A DNA stretch of 64,000 nucleotides, taken from assembly GCA_030264375.1 (NCBI GenBank), contig JASCQW010000119.1, positions 7,864,026 to 7,928,025 on the forward strand. Reading direction: 5' to 3'. Under the pieces are notes generated by a model. That model worked only from the letters and a program-made list of their open reading frames with translations, did no database searches and was not told where the DNA came from. Position numbers and translations under genes: made by a program. Positions 11,508 through 24,789 of the stretch are shown here, in pieces (position 1 is the first letter of the stretch; each line of letters opens with the position of its first letter). This stretch comes from Carcharhinus longimanus. Lineage: Eukaryota.

Positions 11508-14500
11508 TTGAATACATTCAATCGTTTGTCATCAACTACTTTTTCAGGCCATGAATTCCACAGGCTCACCACTCTTTGGATGAAGAAATGTCTCCTTGTG
11601 TCCGTCCTAAATGATGTACCTCGAATCCTAAGACTATGCCCCCTGGTTCTGGGCTCCTCCACAATCGGAAACATCCTCTCTGTGTGTACCCCACTTAGGC
11701 CTTTTAGAATATTACACGTTTACATAAGATACCCTCACATCGTCTGAACTCCAGAAAAAAAAACAGAATCTAAACTTAGTCAACGTCTCGTCATACATCA
11801 GTCACGCCATCCACAGAATCAGCCTTAGAAACTTTTAGTGCAATCCCACCAGAGGAAGAACCCCCTTCCTCAGAACAGGAGGTGAAAACTGCACAAAATG
11901 TTCTGGGTGTGTCCTCACAAAAACCCTATAAATATATCCCTGCTAATATATATTCAGTACATCTTGCGATGAAGGCGAACATGTCATTTGCCTTCTTCAT
12001 CGCCTGCTGCACCTGCATGCTTAGCTTCAGATATTTGTGCACAGGGACGCCCAGGTCATGCCCCATTCTTCTTTCCTCAAATTTGCTGCGATTCATGTAA
12101 CAATGTGCCTTTTTGTTTTGATTCCAAAGTGAATAGCCAAACACTTTTCCAAATAATCCTGCATCTGCCATTGATTTGCCCACCCACCCAATCTGTCCAG
12201 GTTATGCTGAAGGATTTCTGCATCTTTGTCACAGTTTAACATGCCACACGACTTGACATCATTTGCACACTTTGAAGTGTTACATTTTGCTCCCTTGTCC
12301 AAATCATTAATAAATATTGTGAATAGCTGGGCCCCAGCCACCGACAGCCTACCCCGAGTTACTGCCTGACAAGTTGAAAAAGGGTCATTAATGCCTCTAA
12401 TTTCGTTTCTCTCTGCCAGTGTATTTTCTATCCATCTCAAAACTCTTCCCTAAATGCACTTTAATCGTGCATGGGGATCTCTTGTACGACAATATGCCAA
12501 ACCCGTTCTTGAAGTCCACAAAGACCGCCTCTCCCTTGTCAGGCCTCCTCGTTACATCATCAAAGAAAAAATCAACAGGTTTGTCAAGCGTGATTTCCTC
12601 TTCATAAATCCATGCTGACTCTGTCTTTTCCTTCCAGTGCTTTCTAAATGTTCCACTGTTAAGTCTTTGACAATGGATTCGAGAATTGTCTCCAACCTAA
12701 TATTAATATTACTGGCCTATCACCCCTTGTTTTCTCTTTCTTTCCCTTTTTGAATGCCGGAGCGACATGAGCTATTGCCCAATCTGCACAGTCTGTTCCA
12801 GAGTCTATAGAATTCTTGAAGATGACGACCAGTACATCGACTGTTTATAGATCAACTTTCTTAATTACTTTGTGATTTATTTTATCAAGCCCTGGGGATT
12901 TATCCTCCTTCAGTCACAACAATATTCCCATTTCTCTAGTGATTTTGATCTCCCTCATTTCGTCACTCAGTAAATATTGCATGGTATGGTAGTTGATTTG
13001 ATTCATCATTTTGGAAGATTGATCCACAGTACGTATTCAACTTCTCAGCCATTTATTTGTACTCTATTATACATTACTCCGTTTTATTTTCGTCTGTGGG
13101 TGACCTAAATTTATCTTCACCAACCTATTTCTCTTCAGGTATCAGTATAAAATTCTACTGTCGGACTTTATATTCCCTGTAAGCTTGCTTCCGTGCCACA
13201 CTTCCCCCGTTTTAATCAATCTCTTGGTCCTTATTTGCAGAATTCAAATCTTTTCCCAATCCTCAGAACTATTTTATTTTCTTGGCCAATCTGTATGCTT
13301 CTACTTTCGATTGGAAAGTACCGCTGATCAATTTGTATGTCATTGATTTGATTTCTTACCCATTTTGCTTTTCTGTCAGACAAGAAAGAATTGTTTCAGT
13401 TGCTCAATGCTTTCCTTATGCGTTTGCCATTATCGATCCACTGACATTTCTTAAAGTAACTCCCCCAATCTATCGAAGACAAATCATAGCTCATATTTTC
13501 ATATTTCCTTTATTAAGATTCAGCACTCTAGTCTCTGCATCAACTACTTCTTTATCCAACTTGACTAAAAGAAAAACTATTTTGTTATAAACATTCATTC
13601 CCAAAAGGTCTCACAGAGCTAGATTGACAATAAAAACTTGTTGTTACGTAGTACCCAATCCAGGATGGTATTCTCTCTCATTGGTTCCTACATAAATTGG
13701 TCAAAAAATCCATCGCATATGCACTGCAGGAATTGCTTCTCCATGGCATTGTGGCCAATTTCATTGCCCAATCAATGTGCACATTAAAATCGCCCGTGAT
13801 CACTGATATTTCCTTATCACAAACATTTCAAATGTTGTGTCTAATTCCATTTCCAACATCACCATTGCAGTTTGGGCGTATATACATGGCACCCACTAAT
13901 GTTTTATTTATTTCCGCTCAGTATTTCCCAACTCTACGTCTCCACACTTCACGTTGTCAGAGCAAAGACCTTTTCTCAGTGCTGTATTAATTTTGTCTTT
14001 AACCTGCAGTTGCCGTTCATATACTTTTCATTTATGTCTGTACTTGATAAATACTGAATGCACTGCGATTTTCAGTTCCCATCCTGGTCAACCGGCAGCT
14101 ATATATATATGTAATCCCAATTGTATTGTACCCACTTAAATCTATGTGTATTTTCGGTGCATCCACTTTTTTGAAAGTGCCCCATGATGAAGCTTGCCTT
14201 CTTAACCATGTTTGTCTCGATCCCAATATTTTTCTATCGAATAGCTTTTGACTTTTGTTCTTGATTTCCCTGCCTATCATTTTTCTTAACCCCCTTTCTA
14301 CCTCAATTTGTCCTTTCTCTTTTCTTCCCTGACCCCTTGCAGAGGTCCCCATCCCACTGGCATACAAGTTTGAACCAGACTCGGACAACGCCCGAGGAAG
14401 CAATACCCGGAAGACATTCGTCATAGTCTTGCCCAAGGGTAATCCGTCCAATTTGTAAAAGTCTCATCTTTTGTAGAACGGGCCCTAATTCCCCAGAATT

Positions 14501-14960
14501 CTAAAACCATTCCCAGAAACCATTTCTTCATCCTTGTATTTACCCGATATATCCTATCATTTCTACTCCGACTAGCAGCTCACTTCAATACTAATTCTGG
14601 AAGAGGAAGAGCCATTCATTAATGCAGACGGCAGAAACGTGCAAGGTAAATTATTAAGGAAAATAATAGAGAAAAGGTATGTCCCAAATGCTTCCGATTC
14701 TGTACAAAACTCCTGGTTGAAATCCACAACTAAAAACAAAACACAAACGTCAACGGTGGTTTTCGCCACAAAAATGGAAATTCGCTCCAGAAAGAGGTAG
14801 TTAACGATCAGCCAGCCACAGCAGAAGCTGCTTAGGATGATACTAAAAACGTGACCACATGGAGGATGACAAGAAATCAATTGTATCCCCGATCCCAGAG
14901 GAACAGGATGAGGAGGAACAGATAAGGAAGGTTTGTGGGAACAGTATTTTTTTTTTCCGA

Positions 14961-15250
14961 TCAAGGAAGGTTGAAGAGAAAATGTCTGGGTTGCATTGTA
15001 TCATTTGTTACGCTGGCTGCTTTGCAGATGAAGCGGGAAGTATAGACAGAATCAATGGGTGGGATGCTTGTTTGCGTGATGTTTGAGCTACCTTCACGAC
15101 CATTTGTAGTTTCTTGCGGTCTTGGGCAGAGCAAGAACCATACCAATTTTTGATACAGCCAAAATAGTTCTTTCTACGGAGCATCCGTAAAAGTTGTTGA
15201 GAATCGTGGCTGACATGCTAAGTTCCCCAGCCCCATTTCTTCTGAGAAAG
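14961..15250 (-). mobile_element. Rex1/Babar LINE fragment
   Basis: Minus-strand FLRR…MSATILNNFYGC…ITQTSIPPIDSVYTSR…KAAS…PRHFLFNLP is typical of the Rex1/Babar post-RT region. Confidence 0.8.
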
Positions 15251-15849
15251 CAAATTAACTGAATGGGGTTTCGTTAAGGGAGGTGCAAAATGGACCAACA
15301 TAAGCTTGGTTAAATAAGACCTTAAAAATCTGTAGAAGAAGCCGCAGAGTTTAGATCCAGGGCACATGCAGATAATGGAGGATTCGATACCCCACAGATG
15401 ATTATAACAAGTTTTGGAGTAGTTATGTTTGTGCATTTCTCGCACATTGTAGATTTGGGCATTCAAATTTGGAATAATTTTCGAGAAAACATTTTTTGAG
15501 CTGCGAAGCAGAATCCAATCACCAGAGAAACCCCAAAATTACTCCAATCAATGCTGATCAACCACAACACTGAATTCTTAAAACGTGTTTTGAGTGTGAA
15601 AATAAACTCAGAATAGAACTGTTAGAACGATTGAGGGATTTAATCGGCTGCAAGGCAGGTAACATGAGCTGGTGGATGACATACAAATTAAATTGATGGA
15701 TTCAGACATCTGGATGGAAAATTTCTGTCATAGTGACACTCCAAAAAAAAACAGAAAATGGGATGATTTGGGGAAACGGCTTGAACAGTACCCCGAATAT
15801 ATTGTCACGCGCATAGATTGTGCATATTGAGATGTCACTTCAACAAAAG

Positions 15850-18560
15850 ATTCCGGAAGTTGAATCCTCCACATAGGAAACATCCGTTCAAACCAGAACC
15901 AATGGAGACAGTTAAAAATATCATTGTCCATAGACAGCAACAACACGTGACGATCAATACTTCATCTGAGACCAACTGAAATTCTGACAAGCAAGGAAGC
16001 CAGATGACATTTGTAGATTAGCCATCTCTGAGTTGCTACACAAGTCAACAACACCTAATTTTGTCGAATCTCACTACCATGGTGAAAAAAAGTCACACAG
16101 CAGACACTATTCACATCGTTAGACATTGCTCGTGGTTTTGGGTCAATTGGCAGTAGCTGAAGAACCCCAGTATGCATTTGCATTTACGTTTTGGAATCAG
16201 AAATGCACTTAGGCCGTCGTGCCGAAGGAAATCAAAAACAGTCCAGTGATTTCTCACAAATGCATGGCGCAGATAACAGAATGCGCCGGATCCACCATTT
16301 TACAACATGTAAATGGCTTGTACATAGCATCAGACAGTTCAAAAATACATTGTTTGGGGTGGTACATAGAATGTTTTAATCAATTCAAGAGACAGGTCTT
16401 CAGCTAATTCGTAGCGAATACCAGTTGGCAAGTGAGCATGTGAGACACCTTGGACATGTTTGTTTCCAAAGTAAACAAGGAACTCCAGATGATCGAAAGA
16501 AAGCTGTGCTAAATGTGCAAAGTCCACTCAGTGTGAAGCGGATCGTACAGTGCTTTGTTTTACAAAAAAAATGTGGAAGATCATGCAGTGTTTGAAAAAA
16601 TGTCACAGGATTCGGTGAACAGTGGAAAGTGTGGTCCTGACAAAAGAAAACGGAGAGAAAAGGAAGCACATTTTTTTTTTCTGATTTAATGCAAGATCTG
16701 GAAAATGTGCCTCTATTAGGATTACCAAATTTCAGCAAACAATTTCACATTCTTGACAGGAAAATGATGGCATGCAAGCTGGAGTGATAATCCATCAACG
16801 TGTAGACTGGTTTAAACCAGTTGGATGCAATGCTGCCCAATAAAATTCAGTCGTTAGAGGCTTTGCATTGTCAAGAGATAAACCTTTGCCTCATTGCAGT
16901 TAAGTGCTTCAGAGCCGAAGTGGAAACTATAATTCTCCACAGAGCTCACGTAATTGTCCAGCATTTTGAAGCCAGAAGAATATAAGGAGCTTCCAATGGA
17001 AAACGTTTAAGATAGGAAGAATATCTCTTTTCAGTAGAAAGGAACAAAGATGCCGACACTGTTTCTGCAGGGGAATTGGTCGTTCAAGGATCAAAATATT
17101 TATGTTTCGCAGAATATGGCAGTGATAAATGATGAAGGAACAGTGATTGCAGGGGGAAAAGAAATCCAATGCCCTAATTCAGCACAAGTTGCAGAACTTC
17201 TGATTTAACGACAGCATTAGAATGGGGTACAGGAATGGGGAACTACTATGAAATCAGTAGACATGATTTGTGGTAATTGGTGACGATATGACAACTTGTT
17301 GTGGGCGAGGTTTCATAACCTCAAGCTGCACAATTGCATGGCATCTAAATGTGATCAAAGTCCGAATTCAAACACCACATAGTCCTTTAGAAACATTTGC
17401 AATGGAAGTACAGTCACACAAGAGATACAAAAGTCAGGATTCAAAATATATTGCTGTGAGGGCAGAACATGTATAAGTTATAGAGGAAGAGAAGCAGAAG
17501 TGGCAGAAACAAGGGGTCAAAAATGTCAAGATGGCATCTGGAGGAGCGGAGGGAAAATTATAGTGCCACGCAGTAAACCCTGTTAAATGTGAGCCATGTG
17601 TTAAGCCATACAAGCAGAGATCAAATTATCAATTTATTGTGATGTGTTGGTAGTGGATAGAAAAGGAAGAAATGAAAGCAAAATTTTGTCAATTATTTTG
17701 CAGGACGCCTTTGTAAGACCACTTAATCATTGTCAGGTTTAAAATGGGGAACCAGCTGAAAAACATTGGACCATGGAAAGAGCTGTGGATGGATTTTGCA
17801 GCACAAATACTAAGAGCAAAAGCGAAGACGTGTTGCATCATCATTATTAGCCGATGTGTGAAAACGTTTTCAAGTCCAGATGCCACAACTATGTTTGTCG
17901 CTTAGATGCTTCGATATTACGAATTAGATGGGTGAGAAATATCTCTTCGTTAAACCTTAGATTGGGGACCTCATTTCACGGGAAAAGTTTTAAGAGAGGG
18001 GTGCCGAATATTAGGGATAAAACAAAGGTAACACAAATCATATCACCCACAAAGCTAAGGAGCGATAGAATGAATGATTGGAATTCTGAAAAAAAATAGT
18101 TCGGCGTGGCTATTTTATGCAAAGGAAACAATTAGGTAGAGACCGTGCCTTCAATATTATTACAACAGAGAGACACCCCATTCCGTGCAACATTGTTATC
18201 CCAGTTTGAACTGATAACTGGTAAAGCAATTCTCTCCTGGAGGACATAATCACAGGAGGTGAAGTTCGGGAGTTTGAAAGGGAAGCAGTGTATCAGTGTA
18301 TGAGAAATTTTAGTAGACTATTTACATTCTCTCACAAAGCAGGTTGTAACTCAATAACAGCGCAGAGGTTGGACAAGGTTCGCAGAAGAGAACGCTCCTC
18401 AATGATCTACCCCAGGAGATGGGGTAATGCGTTTTGTCATGACTGACAAAACGGACTCGGAGTCCAACTGTAACACAACTTTCACAATACAAACATGTGC
18501 CGTAATTGATGAGCAGTGCAATCCAATGGAAATACTGGACATAGTTGTAGCCACATTCTG
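15850..18560 (+). pseudogene. pol: ERV pol remnant (RT, RNase H, integrase)
   Basis: FTSLDIARGF (~16110), QYAFAFTF, PKEIKNSP…STILQHVNGLYIAS (degenerate LPQG/YVDD), SAQVAEL (17179), RGFITSS, EKQKWQKQG…DGIWRS, GPWKELWMDF (17768), DWGPHFTGKV (~17960), HPQS*GAIE. Confidence 0.9.
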
Positions 18561-18599
18561 ATCAGCACTCCAGCAATAATACAGATGTTTCAGAAGGGC

Positions 18600-20200
18600 G
18601 GTTCCCTTCTGAAAAAGGGAACGACCTTAAATTTTGTAGTTGCATTACTAATAATCGGGGCAATTTAGGTTTGCGCACAATTTATCATATTAGTTCAGAT
18701 TGAGGCACTGGTAGATTGGGATATTATTTGCATTGGGGAATATAAATAAATTAGTTAATGTGATACTAATTCAAGTGCCTGAGGGCACTTTGTTTGTGTT
18801 TTCAGAATTTGCGCGAGGATTTCCGGAGAACTACAGTCAACAAACGTAACATACGAGCCACCAATCATACACAAGTTGGATTGTTAAAGTCAAAATTTGA
18901 AATTTAAGGCAACTTAATTATGGCGAGCTAATGTCTTTTTTTAGTCTTATTTCTAATATTGACCAGTAGTAGGGGAATAGGAAATATCATATTGGGACAG
19001 TCTTTTGAGAATTATCAAAATTGTTGCAAACGTTTTAATTCTTATGACGCTGAATTGGAATGTATCATACCAACCGCCCTTCAGGTACTGCGTAATAATT
19101 CTTATTTGAGCATGACATAAACATTAGCTGGAACAGCCCATGTGCATGCCACTTGCAAGTAAGTATTATCAATCAACATCATTTTTTTTTCCTTGCTTGC
19201 ATATTTCTGTTTATGCGCAGGGAGAGATACATCTCCATCCAATGTCTCTGTCATCCATTGATTTAGTATTTGGTAATAGTTTTTTTTTCAGTCTATTAAA
19301 TTTCATAAGGTATTAGATTTTCTTAGAACTTAAAAAAATCGACCGTTACAGAAACAAATACTGTACAGTTGGAGCAGGTCACGTGAATAGGCATTTACCT
19401 CATTTAATTACATCCAATCGAACACTTAGCACCATTTTTAAGAGAAATTGAATCGAACCCGAAACTGATATTGTGTTGGTAATAACAATGTTTCTACAGG
19501 AAATTTCCTCACAAGGAATTGTCAGCATTCAGTAAACGTAACCAGCCTGACTGTATGAATCACGCCAAGAATGTTCGATCTTGCAATGTTCCACATTGGT
19601 TCGAGACTGAACACATACCCCACTCATAATAGTATATTTTGGATTTGCGGGACGAAGACACATCCATTGATGCCTATCGAAAGGAAAGTTTCCTGATACT
19701 TTGCATATGTAGCCCTTTGCGTTTACATTTTTTTCATGTTTCCCTTTTGGGGAAATCGCCATGCCCTTGTGGGAATAGACACCGTCCTTGGGATAATGCT
19801 GACCCCGGATGCATAAGTAAGATTGTCAATCGAGATTAGATTTGGTACAGGCTGCCAACGATAATGCTACAACTCACACTGTGATCAGTCATAAGATTGT
19901 TGAAATGCTCACTGTTGTGCGACAGAATCGAATGACAACATACATCATCTTGACAGCTAAAGGTGGAACACGTGTTTCGATTCAATCTAACCATTGCACA
20001 CATCTACCTGACGCTTCAGAGAACATAACCAACGCGTAAGCAACCAACCTACTTCTCGCTGTGGAAATATGCAGCTGACTGGACGGGGTCGCTCGGAACA
20101 AATATAGTGCAAGTGAACGTATTTGTCTTCATTTTTATCCTCATTATCAGTGGAAATGAGCATTTAACATGAGTTTTGAATTTCCAACAGTATTCATGCT
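18600..20200 (+). pseudogene. env: ERV env remnant with gamma-type TM ectodomain
   Basis: ORF 19842-20039 VRQNRMTTYIILTAKGGTRVSIQSNHCTHLPDASENIT is a degenerate immunosuppressive domain LQNRMALD…GG plus CX6CC. The SU boundary is uncertain. Confidence 0.8.
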
Positions 20201-21053
20201 TTTGAACCCTGGTGGGGAATTAGTGATGTATTACTTGAATCTGGCAAATAATGGGCAGTTTGGTGCTGTATAAAGGATGGTGTCTACATTCAAACATCAT
20301 CTGTCCTTTTGTTAATCTGAAAAAGTAAAATTAAATGAATGGTTTCATGTGAAGCAAGTGCTTAAATGAAAAATAATGATTGTGTTGAGCTGGGTTCTGT
20401 GTTATATCTGTGCTTCTTTCTTCAACGTCGTGTATCTCACAATAATATTTAAATATAAGGCAGTGGGAGGGAGCTGAGTCCAGAGGGGGTGCAGCAATGA
20501 TGGCATTGATCCAAGTTGACAAAGACATGTATTTATTATCAAACAATCCTCAGCATATGATAATATGTCCTCTTGCATATAGATCGGATGACAAAGCTGA
20601 GACGACGTAACTGTTCATTATGATTCATTCGCATCAATGGGCATTTGCAGTATGAGTAACGTAAATCAGGGTAAAGAAGAAAGGAATCAAGAAGCCAATC
20701 CCGTTTTTAACTGTTAGATGCATTTTATTTATTTGGCTAGCCAACATCCAGAAGGGGAAATTGTTATTAGAAGGACGAATGGGGAGGAAACATTTTTAAA
20801 CCAGTAGATATTAAAGCACTGACAGAAAAAAGTAGCAAACATTTCAGTGAATTTTGATATACGGTAATAAACGAACAAGAAGCAACTTTCGCTCATGAGA
20901 TGCAGAAAATAATTAAAACGAGTGACAAATATTGTAAAACGTATATCATCATATTTTAAACGTATCATTATTGATCCTAACGAGAATAAGTCATTTTTGT
21001 AAAAAAAACACAAACTATTGTGGTAAACGCCATTACTCATAGAATCGGTACAG

Positions 21054-21588
21054 GTGGAGAAGATGGAGAGGAAGGCTTATGGCATGCTTGACTTTACAGG
21101 AAAGGGTATAGAGTATAAAAGCTGGCTTCTAACGTTGCAGTTGTATAGAACGTTGGCTGGACCGCATTTGGAGTACTGCATCCAGTTCTCGTCACCTTAC
21201 TACCGGAAGGACATGGAGACCCTGGAGAGAGTGCAGAGGAGGCATACTAGGATGCTGCCTGGTATGGATGGACTGAGCTATGAGGAGATATTGGTCATAT
21301 TGGGGCTGATCTCCTTAGAAAGACGGAGAATGAGGAGAGATCTAATTGAGGTGTATAGGATTATGAAGGGTATAGATACAATGAACAATGTTAAGTTTTT
21401 TTTTCCTAGGTTGGATACAAAAATTACGAGGGGCCACGAGCTCAGGGTGAGGGGGGCGAAGTACAATTCGGATGTTAGAGGGAGGTTTTTGACACAGAGG
21501 GTTGTGGGGGCCTGGAATGCACTGCCAAGTAGGGTGGTGGAGGCAGGCACGCTAGAGTTGTTTAAGGTTTACTTAGATAGGCACATGA
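21054..21588 (+). mobile_element. CR1 LINE 3' ORF2 fragment (open reading, relatively young)
   Basis: LYRTLAGPHLEYCIQFSSPYYRKD…LERVQRR…RGHEL…FLTQRVVGAWNALP. Ends in an N gap. Confidence 0.92.
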
Positions 21589-21688
21589 NNNNNNNNNNNN
21601 NNNNNNNNNNNNNNNNNNNNNNNNNNNNNNNNNNNNNNNNNNNNNNNNNNNNNNNNNNNNNNNNNNNNNNNNNNNNNNNNNNNNNNNN

Positions 21689-22525
21689 TACACTCTGTGT
21701 GAAAAAAAAATGCCACTTTGTACACTTTTGAATGTCCCCCCTAACAGTTAAAACCTATGTCCTCTGGTGTCAAATTCTCCTACATTTGGAAAAAATATAT
21801 TGACTAGCTGATCCCTAACCCTCATTATTTTATAGACTTGAATAAGATCACCCCTCAGCCTTCTGCACTCCAGAGAGAAAGAAAGACAAGTCCCAGTCCA
21901 TCCAATCTCTCTTTATAACTCAAACCATCAGATCCCGATAGCAATCTAGTAAATCCTTTCTGCACTTTCTAGTGTAATAATATATTTCCTAAAATAGCGT
22001 GACCAGAACTGTACACAGTATTCCAAGTGTGGCCTTACCAATGCATTGTACAAATTCAACAAACCATCCCATTGTCTCACTTCAAAGTTCTGGCCAATGA
22101 AATAAGCATGCTAAATGTCTTCTTCACCCTCTGTCCACTTGTGACTCACTTTCAAGGAGCAATGGCCAAGTACCCCTTAGGTTCTTTGGTCTGCAATTCT
22201 GCCCAACGCCATAGCATTAACTAAATAATTTCCGCCCTGGTTCAATCTACTGAAGTGCATCACTTCGCATTTATCTAAATTGACTTCCATTTGCCATTCG
22301 TCAGCCCAATCAAGATCCCGTTGCAATCAGAGGTAACATTCCTCACTGTCCACTATGCCATCAAACTTGGTGTCATCTGCAAACTCACTAAAAATGTCCC
22401 CTATATTCTCATCCAAGTCGTTAATTGTAATGACAAATAACAGCACTGATCCCTGAGGCAGACGGCTGGAGGCAGGCCTCCATTTTGAAAAAAAAACTCT
22501 ACAACCGCCCTGTGGCTTGTGTCAG
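21689..22525 (-). mobile_element. CR1 LINE fragment
   Basis: Reverse-complement RPHLEYCVQFWS and FADDTK motifs (gaccagaactgtacacagtattccaagtgtggcc; ttggtgtcatctgcaaa). Confidence 0.88.
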
Positions 22526-24151
22526 GGTCTGTTAGGGTAAAGACATATTTCCACAGCATATGCGGGTCTTGAAAACATGCAAGGTGTATCGACGGAGTGT
22601 TGGGTGGAAGGAACATATTAAACAATTAAACATATGTCATGATAGAGCTGGTTCACTGTCCGAAAAAATGAACTGATTCCCAAATACCTTGTTAGGAGTT
22701 AGTCTGGTTGGAGAGTGAACATTAGGGGGACTACTGTGAACATTCATTTGGTCTCTGGGCTGTGCGTCTTACGTAACTAGACAACCAAGTTGTGTTGTCA
22801 GCTAAGATAGGAATCAACTTCTAGCATAAATAGTCCAATACATCGACATTATGCTCGGAGGTGGAATGCGTTATTTGGCAAGTGTTACTCTTGATTTGCG
22901 GATCCGAAAATTGATTTATTTATTGTTACTGAAAGGTGGGAATGTTTTTTTTTAAACCGATGCACTATAGATTTTTCTTTGTATTTGTTAGATTAATCAG
23001 AGTGATTTTATTGTTCAGTGACAGGACTACGTATTCATTTGATGAACGACTGATCAGTTTATGCCGGCAAACTTAGCTTAACTTTCAGTCTTGGTTATTG
23101 CTTAATATTAAATCAAATCGATTGACAGATATGATTGAATATGTACAATTGGTAAAATTATCAACTGTAGTGGTAACAAAAAACAAGCAAGACTTTCCCT
23201 AAATTTGAAATAACAAGATATTTACCATATAAGCAGGAGATGTCTGTTCTTCCATATGTCCAGTACGTACTTCATATTGCCAGAAGGAAGTGTAATATGC
23301 AGGCAGAAAATGGTTTGATTTTAACTGCTGCATTATGCCAATTGGATGGGAAGCGGTAACACCACAGGATTTATCGTCACTCTCTGTTACGTAGAAACGG
23401 CCAGGATGATGAAATTCCACGACCATTGCTCGTGTTAGTGTTGTTCGCAAAATAATGGAGTGCACCACATCTGAATGGATATGTGGACTGATGGAACAGC
23501 GGGGATCAATTGAACCAAAGCTACCACATTTATTTATGTATTTATTTATTTTCTGAACGAATTGCTGAAGAAATGATACGAGTTCAGAGGGAGAGTGTAA
23601 TGAATGGCAATGGGGGAAAACAGCTTGGACTAAATATTTGAGTTGAACGACGTGCAAGTGTGTGTGTGCGCGCATGTGTTAGTGTGTTTGCTTATGTGCG
23701 GTGATGTGGGTTTGTGCGCATGGGTTTGAGTGAGTGTGGAGTGATCTCTTTCAGGGATAAAATGGAAAGGATAAAACGTCGAATGAGATGCGTCTGTTAG
23801 ATCGCGTCAAGCGCAGGTATGCATACGCATAACTGCATGGCTAGGAGTCTGATGCTTCAAGAGATCACCTCTGCTCTGACAGAAAAAAAATGCAAATGAA
23901 GGGGCCAGATGAAATCGTGGTTGCATTTAATGAGACTCAAACGTAATTTTTTCATCAACATTCTTATCCATAAAGCGTGTTTGAAGGATGGTGGTCAGCG
24001 TATTTTTTTTTCCGCAGAAATATTGCCCAACGAATGCGTAAAAATAACACCGATAATTCCACACACGCACACACAATCAGGAAATGTTCCCAACCTGTTT
24101 TAGATTTTAAAAGTATTGTGCATTAGCATGGGGACTTCAAATTATTGATTG

Positions 24152-24188
24152 CATAAGAACATAAGAAATAGGAGCAGGAGTAGGCCAT
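24152..24188 (-). mobile_element. Very short CR1 3' tail
   Basis: cataagaacataagaaataggagcaggagtaggccat is the reverse complement of the tail type seen at 8371-8405 and 42092-42136. Confidence 0.7.
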
Positions 24189-24348
24189 ATTGCATTAAGT
24201 TGTGTGCCCGCACCAAAGACTTGAATACTATTTATATTACCGTGCTACTACATAACCTTGGGTTGCAATCATATTTTCCGGTAGAGTAAGTGATTTAACG
24301 ATCGGATGTAGCAGTTCGTTTTTCTGATGCTACCATTTTATTTTGCAG

Positions 24349-24384
24349 AGGTGGCAAAATGCACTCGTGAACAGGAACATAAAG
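24349..24384 (+). CDS. Putative 36-nt phase-1 microexon (EVAKCTREQEHK), GC donor
   Basis: Acceptor ttttattttgcag and donor AAG|gcatgt. Its start resembles exon 28449. Confidence 0.55.
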
Positions 24385-24789
24385 GCATGTAATCGTGCTG
24401 TGTTTCTCTTGCTCCTAATTAACAATTGAAAATATTGGATCTTTGCTTTCAGTCTGATTGCCTTCGCAAGCGCTTGTTCATAAGAACTTGCTGCAATGTA
24501 TCAGGTGAACAATCGAGGCTTACATCGCTGTTCCCAAAATAATTCGGCCGAACGACGCTTCCGGTATTTGATGTTACGTCATGTTTTGACATGTGAAATA
24601 AGAAGCATGTCATAGAGTTGAATGCAGCATGATTTTTAAATATTACAAGGCACTTGGCTTATTACTGGCACGTACCACAAAAAATTGCACTTCCTTCCTC
24701 CTTTGAGCTAAATTAATTTAACAATGTGTTCCAAAACATTTAATTAGCAACAGTAGAAACCTGCCTTCATGTATTTGTTTTGCATGTAC

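Larger units (their letters stand above)
10430..14580 (-). mobile_element. Long CR1 LINE (ORF1 esterase C-terminus, endonuclease, RT, 3' UTR), degenerate
   Basis: 3' tail at ~10430. RT motifs in ORFs 11471-11674, 11926-12183 and 12093-12440. Endonuclease ITGDFNVHIDW at ~13770-13800. ORF1 SGNH-like DFYKLDGL…TNV at ~14420-14465. Confidence 0.9.
9700..20200 (+). mobile_element. Degenerate endogenous retrovirus (probable gag, pol, env), interrupted by LINEs
   Basis: Clear RT, RNase H, integrase and env TM motifs at 15850-20040. Assigning 9700-10420 and 14580-15600 to gag is inferred from position and purine-rich coding-like character. LTRs were not confidently found. Confidence 0.7.

Noticed and set aside
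20210-20560. 3' LTR of the ERV after a PPT-like ggtggggaat
   Set aside because: No convincing matching 5' LTR found upstream of 9700.
22834-22860. Other 27-nt AG…GT segments (also 9133-9159 and 59587-59613)
   Set aside because: Weak splice sites and peptides unlike the repeat. They show that chance matches exist.
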